Under the pieces are notes generated by a model. The model had not been told where the DNA came from, did no database searches, and saw only the letters and a program-made list of their open reading frames with translations. 64,000 nt of DNA from an uncultured Gammaproteobacteria bacterium (lineage in GTDB: Bacteria; Patescibacteriota; Microgenomatia; CAZETR01; Amesbacteraceae), in assembly GCA_964518565.1 (NCBI GenBank), contig CAZFGX010000001.1, positions 460,470 to 524,469 of the forward strand. Direction: 5' to 3'. The translations under genes and the position numbers were made by a program. Below, piece after piece: positions 47,468-57,563 of this stretch (position 1 is the first letter of the stretch; every line of letters starts with the position of its first letter).

Positions 47468-47713
47468 ATGCAATCAAATATCAAAACCGCTATCCTTCAT
47501 TTTTTGGCCAACGAGTTCCAAATGGAACCCGAGACCATTCATGAAGATCTAAATTTTCAAATAGACCTCGGTCTATCGCCTGAAATGACCATCGATTTGT
47601 TCCAACGACTCCAAGAGGCGTTAGACTTGCCATTACCAGAAGAGAAATTCGCTCAGATTCACACTCTAGAAAATCTTTTTCAGATTCTAGACATCGAAAC
47701 TGAAGAAGAATAA
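47468..47713 (+). CDS. acyl-carrier-protein-like small acidic protein
   Basis: DLGLSPEMTIDLFQRLQEALDL resembles the ACP helix II attachment region (DLGLDSL), but the Ser context is atypical. Confidence 0.35.
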   Translation: MQSNIKTAILHFLANEFQMEPETIHEDLNFQIDLGLSPEMTIDLFQRLQEALDLPLPEEKFAQIHTLENLFQILDIETEEE

Positions 47714-47723
47714 TATTCAACAA

Positions 47724-48395
47724 ATGAAATCACCCAAAGAATATTTCAAAAATCCTCAGAATTACCACGCCGCCCTCATACACCGATCTTACTGCAATGA
47801 ACACCCAGGTACTGTCTCCAACGAGCGCTTAGAGTTTTTGGGCGACTCTATACTGTCATTGATCACTTCAGATAGACTTTACAAACTCTTTCCAGACCTT
47901 CCAGAAGGAGAATTAACAGCTCGTAGGTCACTCATAGTGCAAACCACCACACTTGCTGAAAAAGCAAAGATTTTACAGCTCGACGAAGAACTACTTTTAT
48001 CCAAAGGTGAACAAGATTTAGGTGGTCGAAAAAACCCCGGCCTTCTAGCCAATACATTTGAAGCTGTCTTGGGAGCGTTATATTTAGATTCGGGTTTAGA
48101 TGTCTGCACTGGTTACCTAACAGATATATTTACAGACCAAGAGATCATCTCCCACGAACACATCAAAGACCCCAAAAGTCTATTGCAAGAACACGCCCAA
48201 GCCAAAGGCTTAGGCACGCCTATCTACCAGTTGGTCGATAGCATCGGCCCAGATCATGCCAAAAACTTTACCGTCTCTGTAATCATTCAAAATTCAGCTG
48301 TAGCTACAGGTACAGGTGCTAGTAAACAAAAAGCAGAAATTGATGCAGCCAAAGTGGCTCTTGAGAAGCTATTTAGCCAAAATATGGTAAAATAA
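47724..48395 (+). CDS. rnc: ribonuclease III
   Basis: ERLEFLGDSIL signature; dsRBD at the C-terminus. Confidence 0.85.
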   Translation: MKSPKEYFKNPQNYHAALIHRSYCNEHPGTVSNERLEFLGDSILSLITSDRLYKLFPDLPEGELTARRSLIVQTTTLAEKAKILQLDEELLLSKGEQDLGGRKNPGLLANTFEAVLGALYLDSGLDVCTGYLTDIFTDQEIISHEHIKDPKSLLQEHAQAKGLGTPIYQLVDSIGPDHAKNFTVSVIIQNSAVATGTGASKQKAEIDAAKVALEKLFSQNMVK

Positions 48396-48399
48396 TCCC

Positions 48400-48621
48400 A
48401 TGCTAAAAATCAAACTTAGTCCTACTGGAAAGAAAAACGCCAAACACTATCGTATAGTGGTAATGGAGGAACACTCAAAATTAACCAGCGATGTTGTAGC
48501 CAATTTGGGTCATTACCACCCTCAAGAAAACCATCGTATCGAAATTGACAAAGCTACCTACGAAGCTTGGATCAAAAAAGGCGCACAACCAACCGACAAA
48601 GTCCGCCGCCTAGTCAAATAG
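48400..48621 (+). CDS. rpsP: 30S ribosomal protein S16
   Basis: MLKIKLSPTGKKNAKHYRIVV. Confidence 0.85.
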   Translation: MLKIKLSPTGKKNAKHYRIVVMEEHSKLTSDVVANLGHYHPQENHRIEIDKATYEAWIKKGAQPTDKVRRLVK

Positions 48622-48624
48622 TTT

Positions 48625-48861
48625 ATGATGAAAGATTTTCTTCATTTTATTATTGCTCCACTTTTGGATCAGCCAGAAAGCCTAAATATTTCCGTGAACG
48701 AAAATGCAGTTACAGTTGAAGTTGCCGAAAGCGATACTGGCAAAGTAATTGGCAAGCATGGCTCAGTAATTCATAGTCTTCGCGTATTGCTCAAAACATT
48801 TTGTATCAACAACAATTTGCCTCAAGCTGCCCTAATTCTTAACGCTCCTAAAAAGGATTAG
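48625..48861 (+). CDS. KH-domain RNA-binding protein (YlqC-like)
   Basis: VIGKHGSVIHSLRVLL KH GxxG loop; conserved position after rpsP. Confidence 0.7.
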   Translation: MMKDFLHFIIAPLLDQPESLNISVNENAVTVEVAESDTGKVIGKHGSVIHSLRVLLKTFCINNNLPQAALILNAPKKD

Positions 48862-49525
48862 TTACTCCAAAATTTCCACTTCCACTAGCGGCCTGTTCTA
48901 CTGATACCAAGACATACTTTTCCATTTGACTTCTGACACCAGCAATTGTAGTTCCATATTCTTGGAGCGGAGTATTTTTAGGTGTCTCGTGAACCATACG
49001 AGACCAACCACCCTCAACTGTCAATTGCATGGCCCCACCGCTAAATGATAATCGCAACAATCGAACTAACGGTTTTTGAGTCATTAGCACATTCAAAAAT
49101 CGTCGCAATCGCACGATATCAGGTACCCGGGCTGAGATTGTCAACACTACACCCGACTCATCTGCCAACACCGCTCCTGCCGTGGCCTGTTTTACATTTC
49201 CAGCATTGCTTTTGTACTCTTTTAATTCAACTTCAGATTGGGCAGCAGCATTTTTAATTTCTGAAATCAGTGACCAAGCCAATCGTGCATCAGGTAGAGT
49301 GTCCAACATTTCGTGTAAATCTATCTGAGCCTTATTTGTATCAAAATTAGACAATACTACCAACTTATTTCGCAAAAGTGCTGCTTTTTCTTGTTGTACT
49401 TGAACATCCTCACGTTTTTGAGTAATTTGAGCCCAGGTATCTACGTTTGATAAAACTGTAACCCCGGTATAAATTACAAATACCGCAACAAGAATAGGGT
49501 AGAGAACCCAACCCCATTTATTCAT
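48848..49525 (-). CDS. type IV pilus assembly protein, PilO-like
   Basis: N-terminal TM plus coiled coil; position downstream of the pilM/pilN-like genes. Confidence 0.45.
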   Translation of the reverse strand: MNKWGWVLYPILVAVFVIYTGVTVLSNVDTWAQITQKREDVQVQQEKAALLRNKLVVLSNFDTNKAQIDLHEMLDTLPDARLAWSLISEIKNAAAQSEVELKEYKSNAGNVKQATAGAVLADESGVVLTISARVPDIVRLRRFLNVLMTQKPLVRLLRLSFSGGAMQLTVEGGWSRMVHETPKNTPLQEYGTTIAGVRSQMEKYVLVSVEQAASGSGNFGVTNPF

Positions 49526-50034
49526 GGTTTAAGCCCTCCTACTGTAATTACTCCTAACCACCCAGTATCTTTATTTGAAGTAAGAGAGTCGATCTTTACT
49601 GAAGAATAAGATTTAGATACTGTTTGCACAAAGGCACTAATTTCTTCAGCAGATTCACCATTTACGGTAATAGTTTGAGTGGAAGGATTCTTATATTCCC
49701 ATGCCGTAGCAGGTGGAGTGGCTAGCAATATCACATCCAGATGTTTGACCACATCTCCTCTAGAATCCAAAAATTGTTTTACAGCCAAACTCCGACCGGA
49801 CACAGTTCGATACAGCACCTCATCTTCCGATCGCGCATCCACTTGTGATTGCAAATTTCGAATTTCAGCCTCTACTCGACTACCAGAAAAATTTACATAC
49901 CACGACCAACCAAAAAACCCCCCCACAACCAAACTCCAAAAAACCAACAATGCGGTAGTGCTTTTAATCACGCCAGATTTTATTTTTACAAACCGAGAGT
50001 CTTCTTTATGCTGGGCAGAAGCAAGATTGATCAT
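49522..50034 (-). CDS. type IV pilus assembly protein, PilN-like
   Basis: Short cytoplasmic N-terminus, single TM, coiled coil; immediately follows pilM. Confidence 0.5.
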   Translation of the reverse strand: MINLASAQHKEDSRFVKIKSGVIKSTTALLVFWSLVVGGFFGWSWYVNFSGSRVEAEIRNLQSQVDARSEDEVLYRTVSGRSLAVKQFLDSRGDVVKHLDVILLATPPATAWEYKNPSTQTITVNGESAEEISAFVQTVSKSYSSVKIDSLTSNKDTGWLGVITVGGLKP

Positions 50035-50037
50035 AGT

Positions 50038-51054
50038 CTAAAGTGGTCTCATCCCTAAGCCCACTGCTACGCCATAAATTGGCGCTTGGCCAGCAAGAGC
50101 TTTTGATTGCTTATCATCCATAGATACGTGAATAAATGGATTACCCACAGCCATCTCCACACCTACCATACCAGACAAAATTCCAATTGCGTCTGGCAAC
50201 ATAGCAATACCACCAGTCAACATAACTGAACTTACTACTTCATTCGGATGCTTTGATGTATAAAAATCTATTGTTTTCCTAATCTCACCAGCAATGACTG
50301 TCAATACGGGTTTCATCGCTTCCAACAATTTTCCATCTAGTTTATCCGCTGCAAATCCATAAGAATTTTTATATTGTTCGGCTGTAGCCGTGTCCAACCC
50401 CAAAGAAGTTTCGATAGCTCGAGTAAACGCACTACCAGCTGTAGGAATTGTGCGAGCAAACACCATTTGTCCTCGGCGCACCAAACCCAAATCAGTTCCA
50501 TTTGCACCAATATCTACTACTAATGCAAGAGGAGTATTAGAAGGAATAATTGCTCGGGCAGTTGCCATCAATTCTGTTTCCACTGCAACCAATTCCAAAC
50601 CCAATCCCTCAACGGCTTGCGTATATGTATCCACCAAATTTTTTGCCGCAGCTACCAACAATACTTCTACGCCACTATCATCCTTTTTAATAATTTCATG
50701 ACTCCATACTGCTCGATCTGCAGGAATAGGAATATATTGTTCCACTTGCCATTGTAAGGCTTGAGACACCTCACTCTCTTTCATGGGTGGAAGTTCAACA
50801 ATATGTGAAGATACTTGTTCTTCTGGAATTGCCAACACCACACGCTTACTCTTTACACCAGCCTCTTTCATCAACTTTACCAAGGATTGAGATACAGCAG
50901 CCACATTCATCGGTCCACCCATCAAGCCACCAACAGGAGAGGCAACAGAACCAGCTGTCAAAAGCTTCCAGGCATTATTTCCAGTTGGACTTATTTCCAC
51001 CAGCTTAATACTCGTTGATCCAATATCTATTCCTATTTTGGCAGCATCAGACAT
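50038..51054 (-). CDS. pilM: type IV pilus assembly ATPase-like protein PilM (actin fold)
   Basis: IGIDIGSTSIKLVEI..., actin-like ATPase motifs. Confidence 0.8.
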   Translation of the reverse strand: MSDAAKIGIDIGSTSIKLVEISPTGNNAWKLLTAGSVASPVGGLMGGPMNVAAVSQSLVKLMKEAGVKSKRVVLAIPEEQVSSHIVELPPMKESEVSQALQWQVEQYIPIPADRAVWSHEIIKKDDSGVEVLLVAAAKNLVDTYTQAVEGLGLELVAVETELMATARAIIPSNTPLALVVDIGANGTDLGLVRRGQMVFARTIPTAGSAFTRAIETSLGLDTATAEQYKNSYGFAADKLDGKLLEAMKPVLTVIAGEIRKTIDFYTSKHPNEVVSSVMLTGGIAMLPDAIGILSGMVGVEMAVGNPFIHVSMDDKQSKALAGQAPIYGVAVGLGMRPL

Positions 51055-51072
51055 AAAAAATATTATAGTACA

Positions 51073-51552
51073 CTAACGACCAGCATACCATCTACATTTT
51101 ACCGAAAGCGCACACTCAACTGTCAAGTCAGATCGACTGTCTTTATCACCACGATATTCCAAAGCCGAATAAATTTTATAATGCTGACGGTCACTACTTA
51201 CCTCATAAATATAGCGATACCCAAAGTCAGCAAATGGATCATTAGGAACATGTTCCAGATATGCAATATTGTCTTCATCGACAATTCTGTCGTCACCCCA
51301 TACACAATTCCTTACCCCTTTTGACCCACAACTGACAATCACCCCACCATCACCAGCTAGGGGATACACACGATAATCTTGATAATAAGCTTCTAGAGAT
51401 TTTGCCACCAGTTCTGTATCAGATTTTCTCTGCGCGTCACGCGTTTTCATCCGCGAAATTTGTAGCTGATAAAAAGATATACCAAAAACAACCAATATAA
51501 CACTTGCTACCACACCTAGTTCAAACTTATCCCATTTAAGCAAATCAAACAT
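51073..51552 (-). CDS. pilin-like protein with divergent N-terminus
   Basis: N-terminal hydrophobic helix followed by RKSDTELVAKSLEAYYQDYRVYP, a pattern typical of GspG/ComGC-type pseudopilins; lacks the canonical G-FTLIE. Confidence 0.45.
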   Translation of the reverse strand: MFDLLKWDKFELGVVASVILVVFGISFYQLQISRMKTRDAQRKSDTELVAKSLEAYYQDYRVYPLAGDGGVIVSCGSKGVRNCVWGDDRIVDEDNIAYLEHVPNDPFADFGYRYIYEVSSDRQHYKIYSALEYRGDKDSRSDLTVECALSVKCRWYAGR

Positions 51553-52258
51553 GCCAATATCTTATCACCCAATCACCCACAAAATAAGCAAGCCAGCTAC
51601 CAAGCACCAAAAACGGCCCAAACGCCATTTCTGATTTCAAACCGACTCCTTTCTTCTTTTGTAAAAGAATTGCTACACCCACAATTCCTCCCAAAACAAA
51701 CGCTAACCACAATGCAACCAATATTCTTGGCCAACCTAACCACAACCCCATAACTGCAGCAATCTCTACATCCCCAAACCCCATCGCTCGTCCTCGCGAA
51801 ATAGCCCAAATACTTCCAATAGCTAAAACACCAACCACTAGTCCTATGATCATGGTAATAGAAAAATTCCCATACAATTGCCCCAACACAAACAACCCCC
51901 ATAAAACCACAAAAACCTCTGACACCAACTTAGTCTCCCAATCCATAAACGCAATTACCAATGTCACCCAAAAAATCGCCATCAACCACGCTTGGGGAGC
52001 TAGAAACACAAACCCAAGTGCCGAAAGCAATTCAATAACAAAATATCTAACCCCGATTTTTTTATGACAGTAACGACACTTACCTCTCAAAAAACAGTAA
52101 GAAAAAATCGGAATCAGATCAATACTTGCCAGTATATGTTTGCAATGAGTGCAAATGGAATGGCCACGAGTCCACGAAATTTGTCTTGGCAACCGATAGA
52201 TCAATGCATTAGCCACACTCCCCGCAACAGCTCCTAATACAAACCAAAAAAGACTCAT
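51545..52258 (-). CDS. pilD: prepilin peptidase (A24 family)
   Basis: N-terminal CxxC...CxxC (CTHCKH...CRYCHKK); polytopic. Confidence 0.8.
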   Translation of the reverse strand: MSLFWFVLGAVAGSVANALIYRLPRQISWTRGHSICTHCKHILASIDLIPIFSYCFLRGKCRYCHKKIGVRYFVIELLSALGFVFLAPQAWLMAIFWVTLVIAFMDWETKLVSEVFVVLWGLFVLGQLYGNFSITMIIGLVVGVLAIGSIWAISRGRAMGFGDVEIAAVMGLWLGWPRILVALWLAFVLGGIVGVAILLQKKKGVGLKSEMAFGPFLVLGSWLAYFVGDWVIRYWHV

Positions 52259-52282
52259 CGCTCAAGTATAAAGTTTCTCAAA

Positions 52283-52310
52283 GAAAAAAACACCGCCCTT
52301 GCGAGCGGCG
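52283..52310 (-). terminator. rho-independent terminator downstream of pilA
   Basis: On the minus strand: cgccgc-tcgcaagg-gcggtg, then T7. Confidence 0.5.
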
Positions 52311-52336
52311 TAGAAATCTTACGATTTTTTAAAACA

Positions 52337-52801
52337 TTATGGACAAGCTGTTGTCGTTGTAGCGACAGTACAAGTCTTTCCTGTACTAGATTCCCAACGC
52401 CAAACAGGCGTAGCAGGGGTAGCACCAGCATACTTCTTAGATTTAAGAGTTCCAGTGATAATCACAGACGTACATGTAACACCAGCTGAACAACCTGCAG
52501 GAGTAATTGCAAAACCATACGCTGCTCCGTATCCAGTTGGAGGTGTTGGCGCAGAGCCTAAATCTCCAGAAGTAACTAAATCAGCCGCAGCTGCTGGGAA
52601 AAAACCATTATGAGTAGCTGCATAAGCTTGAGATCCAGTAGCTAATTCACCGATATCACTTTGTACTTTTGAATCGTTTGCTGCATAGAGCTTGTCTTGT
52701 GGATTGATCAAAGCAACCACACCAGCAGCCAAAACAGCCAAGATACCAATAACTACGAGCAACTCAATTAAGGTAAAGCCTTTAAGCATTTTGAAGTTCA
52801 T
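52337..52801 (-). CDS. pilA: type IV major pilin
   Basis: MNFKMLKGFTLIELLVVIGILAVLAAG (class III signal, E5); strong SD ggaggtga upstream. Confidence 0.8.
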   Translation of the reverse strand: MNFKMLKGFTLIELLVVIGILAVLAAGVVALINPQDKLYAANDSKVQSDIGELATGSQAYAATHNGFFPAAAADLVTSGDLGSAPTPPTGYGAAYGFAITPAGCSAGVTCTSVIITGTLKSKKYAGATPATPVWRWESSTGKTCTVATTTTACP

Positions 52802-52825
52802 TTGTTGCTCACCTCCCTCAAAGAA

Positions 52826-54031
52826 TTATACTTTATTAATAATTCCATAAATTGGCATAATAATTGCATACATCAACGCACCTACTCCAACCGCTAATAC
52901 AATCAGTATTATTGGTTCAATAGCGGTTGTCAAGGCTTTGACCTTCTCACCAGACTCCGATTCATAATATGCAGACAGTTTGGCCAACACCTCATCGATC
53001 TTCCCCGTTTCTTCACCTACTGCCATCATTTGACCTACCAGAGCAGGAAACACTCCGCTTTCAGAAAAACTGATCGACATCGGAAAACCTTTTTCTACTT
53101 GCTTGCCGATTCTTTTTACTTCTTCGCGAACAACCGAATGGCCCACGACACCAGAAACAATGTTCAATGCCTCGACCACAGATACTCCAGCGGACAATAA
53201 CAATGACAAAGTTCGAGTCAATTCGGTCAACATAACTTGTTGTGCCAGTGGACCAATAACCGGCAAACGATAAAAAATCGTATCTTGGATTTGACGACCT
53301 CTAGGTGTAGCCACAAATGATTTATAGGCAAAAGCTATTCCAATAAGCCCTGCTAATACGATATACCAACGTTGTGTAGCAAAATCAGATATTCCCACCA
53401 ATATCCGAGTAGGCAGTGGTAATCCTTCCCCAAAATCCGCATACAGTCCGATCAACTTTGGCACCACCACCAAAATCATCAGCACAAATACTAAGACCAT
53501 ACCAATCAAAATAATCACCGGATAAATCATCGCCCCGACAACCTTGGCTCGAAACTCACGACTTTTTTCCGTATTTTCAGCCAAACGAGCCAAAATTTTG
53601 TCCATAATACCCGCGGCTTCTCCAGCTTTTACCAAAGACAAATAAACTGGGCTAAAAACTTTGGGAAACTTACCCATACCAGTAGACAAAGCTTGTCCAG
53701 ACTGCACATCACCTAAAATAGATGAAACAACTGGAGACAAATTAGGAGGGGATTGTAATCGCAATAAATTCAACGCATCAGTCAGTGGTAATCCAGCTGT
53801 GATCATTGTAGACAATTGCCGAGTAAAATTGGCCATGTCACTCACACTTACCGTTCCAGTAATCTTTCCAACCAAAGATGCCAAGCCTTGTCCATCATTT
53901 CTGGCAGTTATTTTCACCGGAATCAACTGTTTGTCACGCAACAAACTCGCCGCACCGTTTATATTGGTCGCTTCGGCTACACCTTTTACTGTCTGACCTG
54001 TCGCATTTTTTGCTTCATATGCAAACTTCAC
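52826..54031 (-). CDS. pilC: type IV pilus inner-membrane platform protein PilC (GspF family)
   Basis: Two GspF repeats; 401 aa. Confidence 0.85.
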   Translation of the reverse strand: MKFAYEAKNATGQTVKGVAEATNINGAASLLRDKQLIPVKITARNDGQGLASLVGKITGTVSVSDMANFTRQLSTMITAGLPLTDALNLLRLQSPPNLSPVVSSILGDVQSGQALSTGMGKFPKVFSPVYLSLVKAGEAAGIMDKILARLAENTEKSREFRAKVVGAMIYPVIILIGMVLVFVLMILVVVPKLIGLYADFGEGLPLPTRILVGISDFATQRWYIVLAGLIGIAFAYKSFVATPRGRQIQDTIFYRLPVIGPLAQQVMLTELTRTLSLLLSAGVSVVEALNIVSGVVGHSVVREEVKRIGKQVEKGFPMSISFSESGVFPALVGQMMAVGEETGKIDEVLAKLSAYYESESGEKVKALTTAIEPIILIVLAVGVGALMYAIIMPIYGIINKV

Positions 54032-54032
54032 A

Positions 54033-55139
54033 CTACATCTCTCCTTTCACAAAACGGGCGATGTCTCCCGGTCTGGATGCATAAGCCTGAGCAAATTCAT
54101 AAGAAATTTTCCCACTTTTAACAAGTCTTGCCAAAGTACTTTCCAATGTAGTCATTCCCATATCACCAGATGTCAAAATTATATTGTCCAACATATGTGT
54201 TTTACCTTCGCGCACGGCCGTCTTTACCGCGGGAGTTCCCAACATGACTTCATATGCCACTGCACGACCAGAGGAAATCATCGGCACTAATCGTTGAGAA
54301 AATACTGCTTGCAAAGTGTTCGACAATTGCAATCTGACTTGAGGTTGCTGGTTCTCTGGAAAAACATCCACAATACGATCAATAGTCTGTGAAGCAGAAT
54401 TTGTATGTAATGTCGCAAATACCAAATGACCAGTTTCAGCAATGGTCAATGCCGCCGCAATCGTCTCAAAATCACGCATTTCCCCAATCAAGACCACGTC
54501 AGGGTCTTCACGCAAAACTGAACGCAATGCAATATCCCACGAATGCGTATCGTTATGTACTTCACGCTGAGAAACAATTGCTCGTGCCGATGTATACATA
54601 TACTCAATCGGATCCTCAATTGTCACCATATGTACCCGTCGATTTTGATTGATTTCATCCAAAATTGCCGCCAATGTAGTAGATTTTCCTTGACCAGTAG
54701 GTCCTGTGACAAGTACAAATCCTTGTTTCATGTTGGCAAATTCATGACAAATACCCGGCAAACCTAATTCGTCAATTTTAGGAATACGTACTGGAATCAA
54801 ACGAAAACTCGCTGCCAAAGACCCTTTTTGAAAATACGCATTTACGCGAAAACGAGCCGCCTCAGCCAAAGAAAAAGAAAAATCCAACTCTTTATTCACT
54901 TCCAATACCTGTCTTTGATCAGCAGCAACTACCGGTTCCATTAATTGGCTTATGGTGTCATGCAGCAAAACATTTTCTCCTGGTACTGGCAACAATGCTC
55001 CATCAATACGCACAATTGGCGGAGACCCAACCAACAAATGTAAATCCGAAGCATTTTTATCGACTACATATTGCAACAGTTGTGAGATATTCATGAGCAG
55101 TACATTTATATTAAAGCACCCCTTATTCTTGCGCAACAC
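54033..55139 (-). CDS. pilT: type IV pilus retraction ATPase PilT
   Basis: Walker A GPTGQGKST, His box, LVFATLHTNSA. Confidence 0.85.
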   Translation of the reverse strand: MLRKNKGCFNINVLLMNISQLLQYVVDKNASDLHLLVGSPPIVRIDGALLPVPGENVLLHDTISQLMEPVVAADQRQVLEVNKELDFSFSLAEAARFRVNAYFQKGSLAASFRLIPVRIPKIDELGLPGICHEFANMKQGFVLVTGPTGQGKSTTLAAILDEINQNRRVHMVTIEDPIEYMYTSARAIVSQREVHNDTHSWDIALRSVLREDPDVVLIGEMRDFETIAAALTIAETGHLVFATLHTNSASQTIDRIVDVFPENQQPQVRLQLSNTLQAVFSQRLVPMISSGRAVAYEVMLGTPAVKTAVREGKTHMLDNIILTSGDMGMTTLESTLARLVKSGKISYEFAQAYASRPGDIARFVKGEM

Positions 55140-56865
55140 GCAAGACCTCTTCCATAGTAGTGATCCCTTCTACCACCTTCAAGAAGCCATCCTGTTTCAT
55201 AGTAATCATCCCTTCAGAGACTGCTTGATTTTCAATAGTAGAAGCAGGGGAGTGTTCTAAAATAAGTCGACCGATCTTTTCTGATACAGGCAACACTTCA
55301 AATACGCCCACCCGACCTTTATACCCCGTTCCACCACAAATCGTACATCCTTGACCTTTATATAATTCCACGGGTTTGTCCGACGTGACAGTCCACAATT
55401 TACCTAATGCATTTTGTATCTCTGCTATGACTTCTGGTACTGGTTGATACGCCGATTTGCAATTGCTACAAATTTTGCGCACCACCCGCTGAGCCACAAT
55501 CGCCGTAATAGTAGAAGCCAATAAATATGGCTCAGCTTTCATATCCAACAAACGTGGCAAAGCTCCAGCTGCAGAATTAGTATGCAAAGTAGAAAACACC
55601 AAATGGCCAGTCAACGATGCCTGAACCGCCAACTCAGCCGTCTCTTCATCCCGGACTTCTCCCACCATAATAATATTTGGATCTTGTCGCAAAAACGATC
55701 GCAAACCTGAAGCAAATGTCAAACCCGCCTGGGGATTAATTTGTACTTGATTTACTCCAGGAATTTGATATTCCACCGGATCTTCCAAGGTCACGACATT
55801 TACCTTGACAGTACTAATTCTCGACAAGACAGCATACAAAGTCGTAGTTTTACCTGAACCCGTTGGTCCTGTCACTAAAATAATTCCATGTGGCCGTGTA
55901 ATAGCTTCTTCAAGATTAGCCAATGCTCGACCACGAAAACCTAGCTCAGTCAACGTGGGCACTACACTTGTTTTCTTTAAAAGCCGCATAACGATTTTTT
56001 CCCCATGCACAGTAGGCAAACTAGATACACGCAAATCCACCTGTTCTTCGTCTGTTTCAAAATTAAACCGACCATCTTGTGGCACTCGCTTTTCGTCAAT
56101 TTTCATATCCGACAAAATTTTGATGCGCGAAGTCAACGCGTCATGTATCTTTTTTGGCAAAATCAACTTTTCATGCAAAATACCATCAATACGGTATCTG
56201 ACTCGAGTTCGATCTTCCAGAGGCTCAATATGAATATCTGATGCTCGAGATTTAGCCGCAAATTCCAAAATAGTGGTCACGATTTTTGCAATTGGCGCTT
56301 CACGAATCAACTCGTTTACCTTACGAATGTTTACAGTTTTTACCTCCATCGGACCACCCACACCATTTTCTTTCAAAGCAGCAGTAACCTCAGCCGATAA
56401 GCTCTGTTGATAACGAGCTGCAATAGCTGCATCCACTTCCCCAGGTAGTGCTGCAAATGATTTTACGCGAAGACCAGTCTTTTTCTCTAAAAATTCGATG
56501 GCTGCCAAATCCAATGGGTTAGACATTGCTACTTGTAACTCACCATTTTTAGGATCGTAATCAAATGGAATTACTCGCAAACGTTCCGCCACAGCTCGAT
56601 CTACATATCCTAAAGCAATAGGGGATAACGCTTTATCCGCCAGAGAAATAAAGGGGACATTCAAATACTCAGCTTTTGCTTGCATCAAATCATCTCCACT
56701 GATCAATTTTTGCTCCACCAACCAATCAGAAATACTCACTCCAGTGTTTACAAATTCTGCTTTTGCTCGATCTGCATCCTGTTGTGTCAATTTCTTTTTC
56801 GTCACCAAAATGCTCAAAATTCCATTTGTCTGATTATCCATGATAGGTACAACCGGGGCAGGCAT
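55123..56865 (-). CDS. pilB: type IV pilus assembly ATPase PilB (GspE family)
   Basis: N-terminal GSPII domain, Walker A GPTGSGKTTT, tetracysteine CSNC...CTIC. Confidence 0.85.
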   Translation of the reverse strand: MPAPVVPIMDNQTNGILSILVTKKKLTQQDADRAKAEFVNTGVSISDWLVEQKLISGDDLMQAKAEYLNVPFISLADKALSPIALGYVDRAVAERLRVIPFDYDPKNGELQVAMSNPLDLAAIEFLEKKTGLRVKSFAALPGEVDAAIAARYQQSLSAEVTAALKENGVGGPMEVKTVNIRKVNELIREAPIAKIVTTILEFAAKSRASDIHIEPLEDRTRVRYRIDGILHEKLILPKKIHDALTSRIKILSDMKIDEKRVPQDGRFNFETDEEQVDLRVSSLPTVHGEKIVMRLLKKTSVVPTLTELGFRGRALANLEEAITRPHGIILVTGPTGSGKTTTLYAVLSRISTVKVNVVTLEDPVEYQIPGVNQVQINPQAGLTFASGLRSFLRQDPNIIMVGEVRDEETAELAVQASLTGHLVFSTLHTNSAAGALPRLLDMKAEPYLLASTITAIVAQRVVRKICSNCKSAYQPVPEVIAEIQNALGKLWTVTSDKPVELYKGQGCTICGGTGYKGRVGVFEVLPVSEKIGRLILEHSPASTIENQAVSEGMITMKQDGFLKVVEGITTMEEVLRVAQE

Positions 56866-56894
56866 ACCTTAGTATAATACAAAAAATCAGCCCT

Positions 56895-57476
56895 ATGCAT
56901 GCCTTCATTAGCGCCACCCAACCAAATATTTCAGACAATAGAAATATTTTATACATTCAATCCGACACCTCGATAGGTATCGACGAAATTCGCCAAATTC
57001 AACACACCCTCAGTCGTAAATCCACTTCAGGTGCCAACATCGTCATTGTCCTTAATGCCCACACCATGACCATTGCCGCACAAAATGCATTTTTAAAAAC
57101 ATTGGAAGAACCGCCAACAAATAGCGAAATCTACTTAATTACCACACAACCTGATGAACTATTACCAACCATAGTCTCACGTTGCCAAATTATTACCACT
57201 GCAAACAAAACAATACCTGTCATAGATTCGACACCAATCGAGTTATTGTTAACCGCTCAAACTCCAATGCAAAAATTAAAATGGACCGATGCACAAGAAT
57301 TTGATCGAGCCTCAGCCTTAGAATTTTTGAACACCTGTGAGATATACATTCACCTACAAATCACCAAACATACAACACCAAACCTAGCCTATCAAACAAT
57401 TATTACGGTAAGAAAATTCTTAAAATCCAACTGTTCTGTCAGACTTTGTATGGACTATTTTGCTCTGAAAATATAA
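56895..57476 (+). CDS. holB: DNA polymerase III delta-prime (clamp-loader) subunit-like, short
   Basis: AQNAFLKTLEEPP and TIVSRCQ (SRC motif); 193 aa. Confidence 0.6.
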   Translation: MHAFISATQPNISDNRNILYIQSDTSIGIDEIRQIQHTLSRKSTSGANIVIVLNAHTMTIAAQNAFLKTLEEPPTNSEIYLITTQPDELLPTIVSRCQIITTANKTIPVIDSTPIELLLTAQTPMQKLKWTDAQEFDRASALEFLNTCEIYIHLQITKHTTPNLAYQTIITVRKFLKSNCSVRLCMDYFALKI

Positions 57477-57563
57477 CACTACTTCCATTCAAAAATTCAT
57501 TTTTCAGCTCTTCCGCGTCTTGTTCATTTCCTGCGATCATCACCAAAAGAACACCTAAAGATT

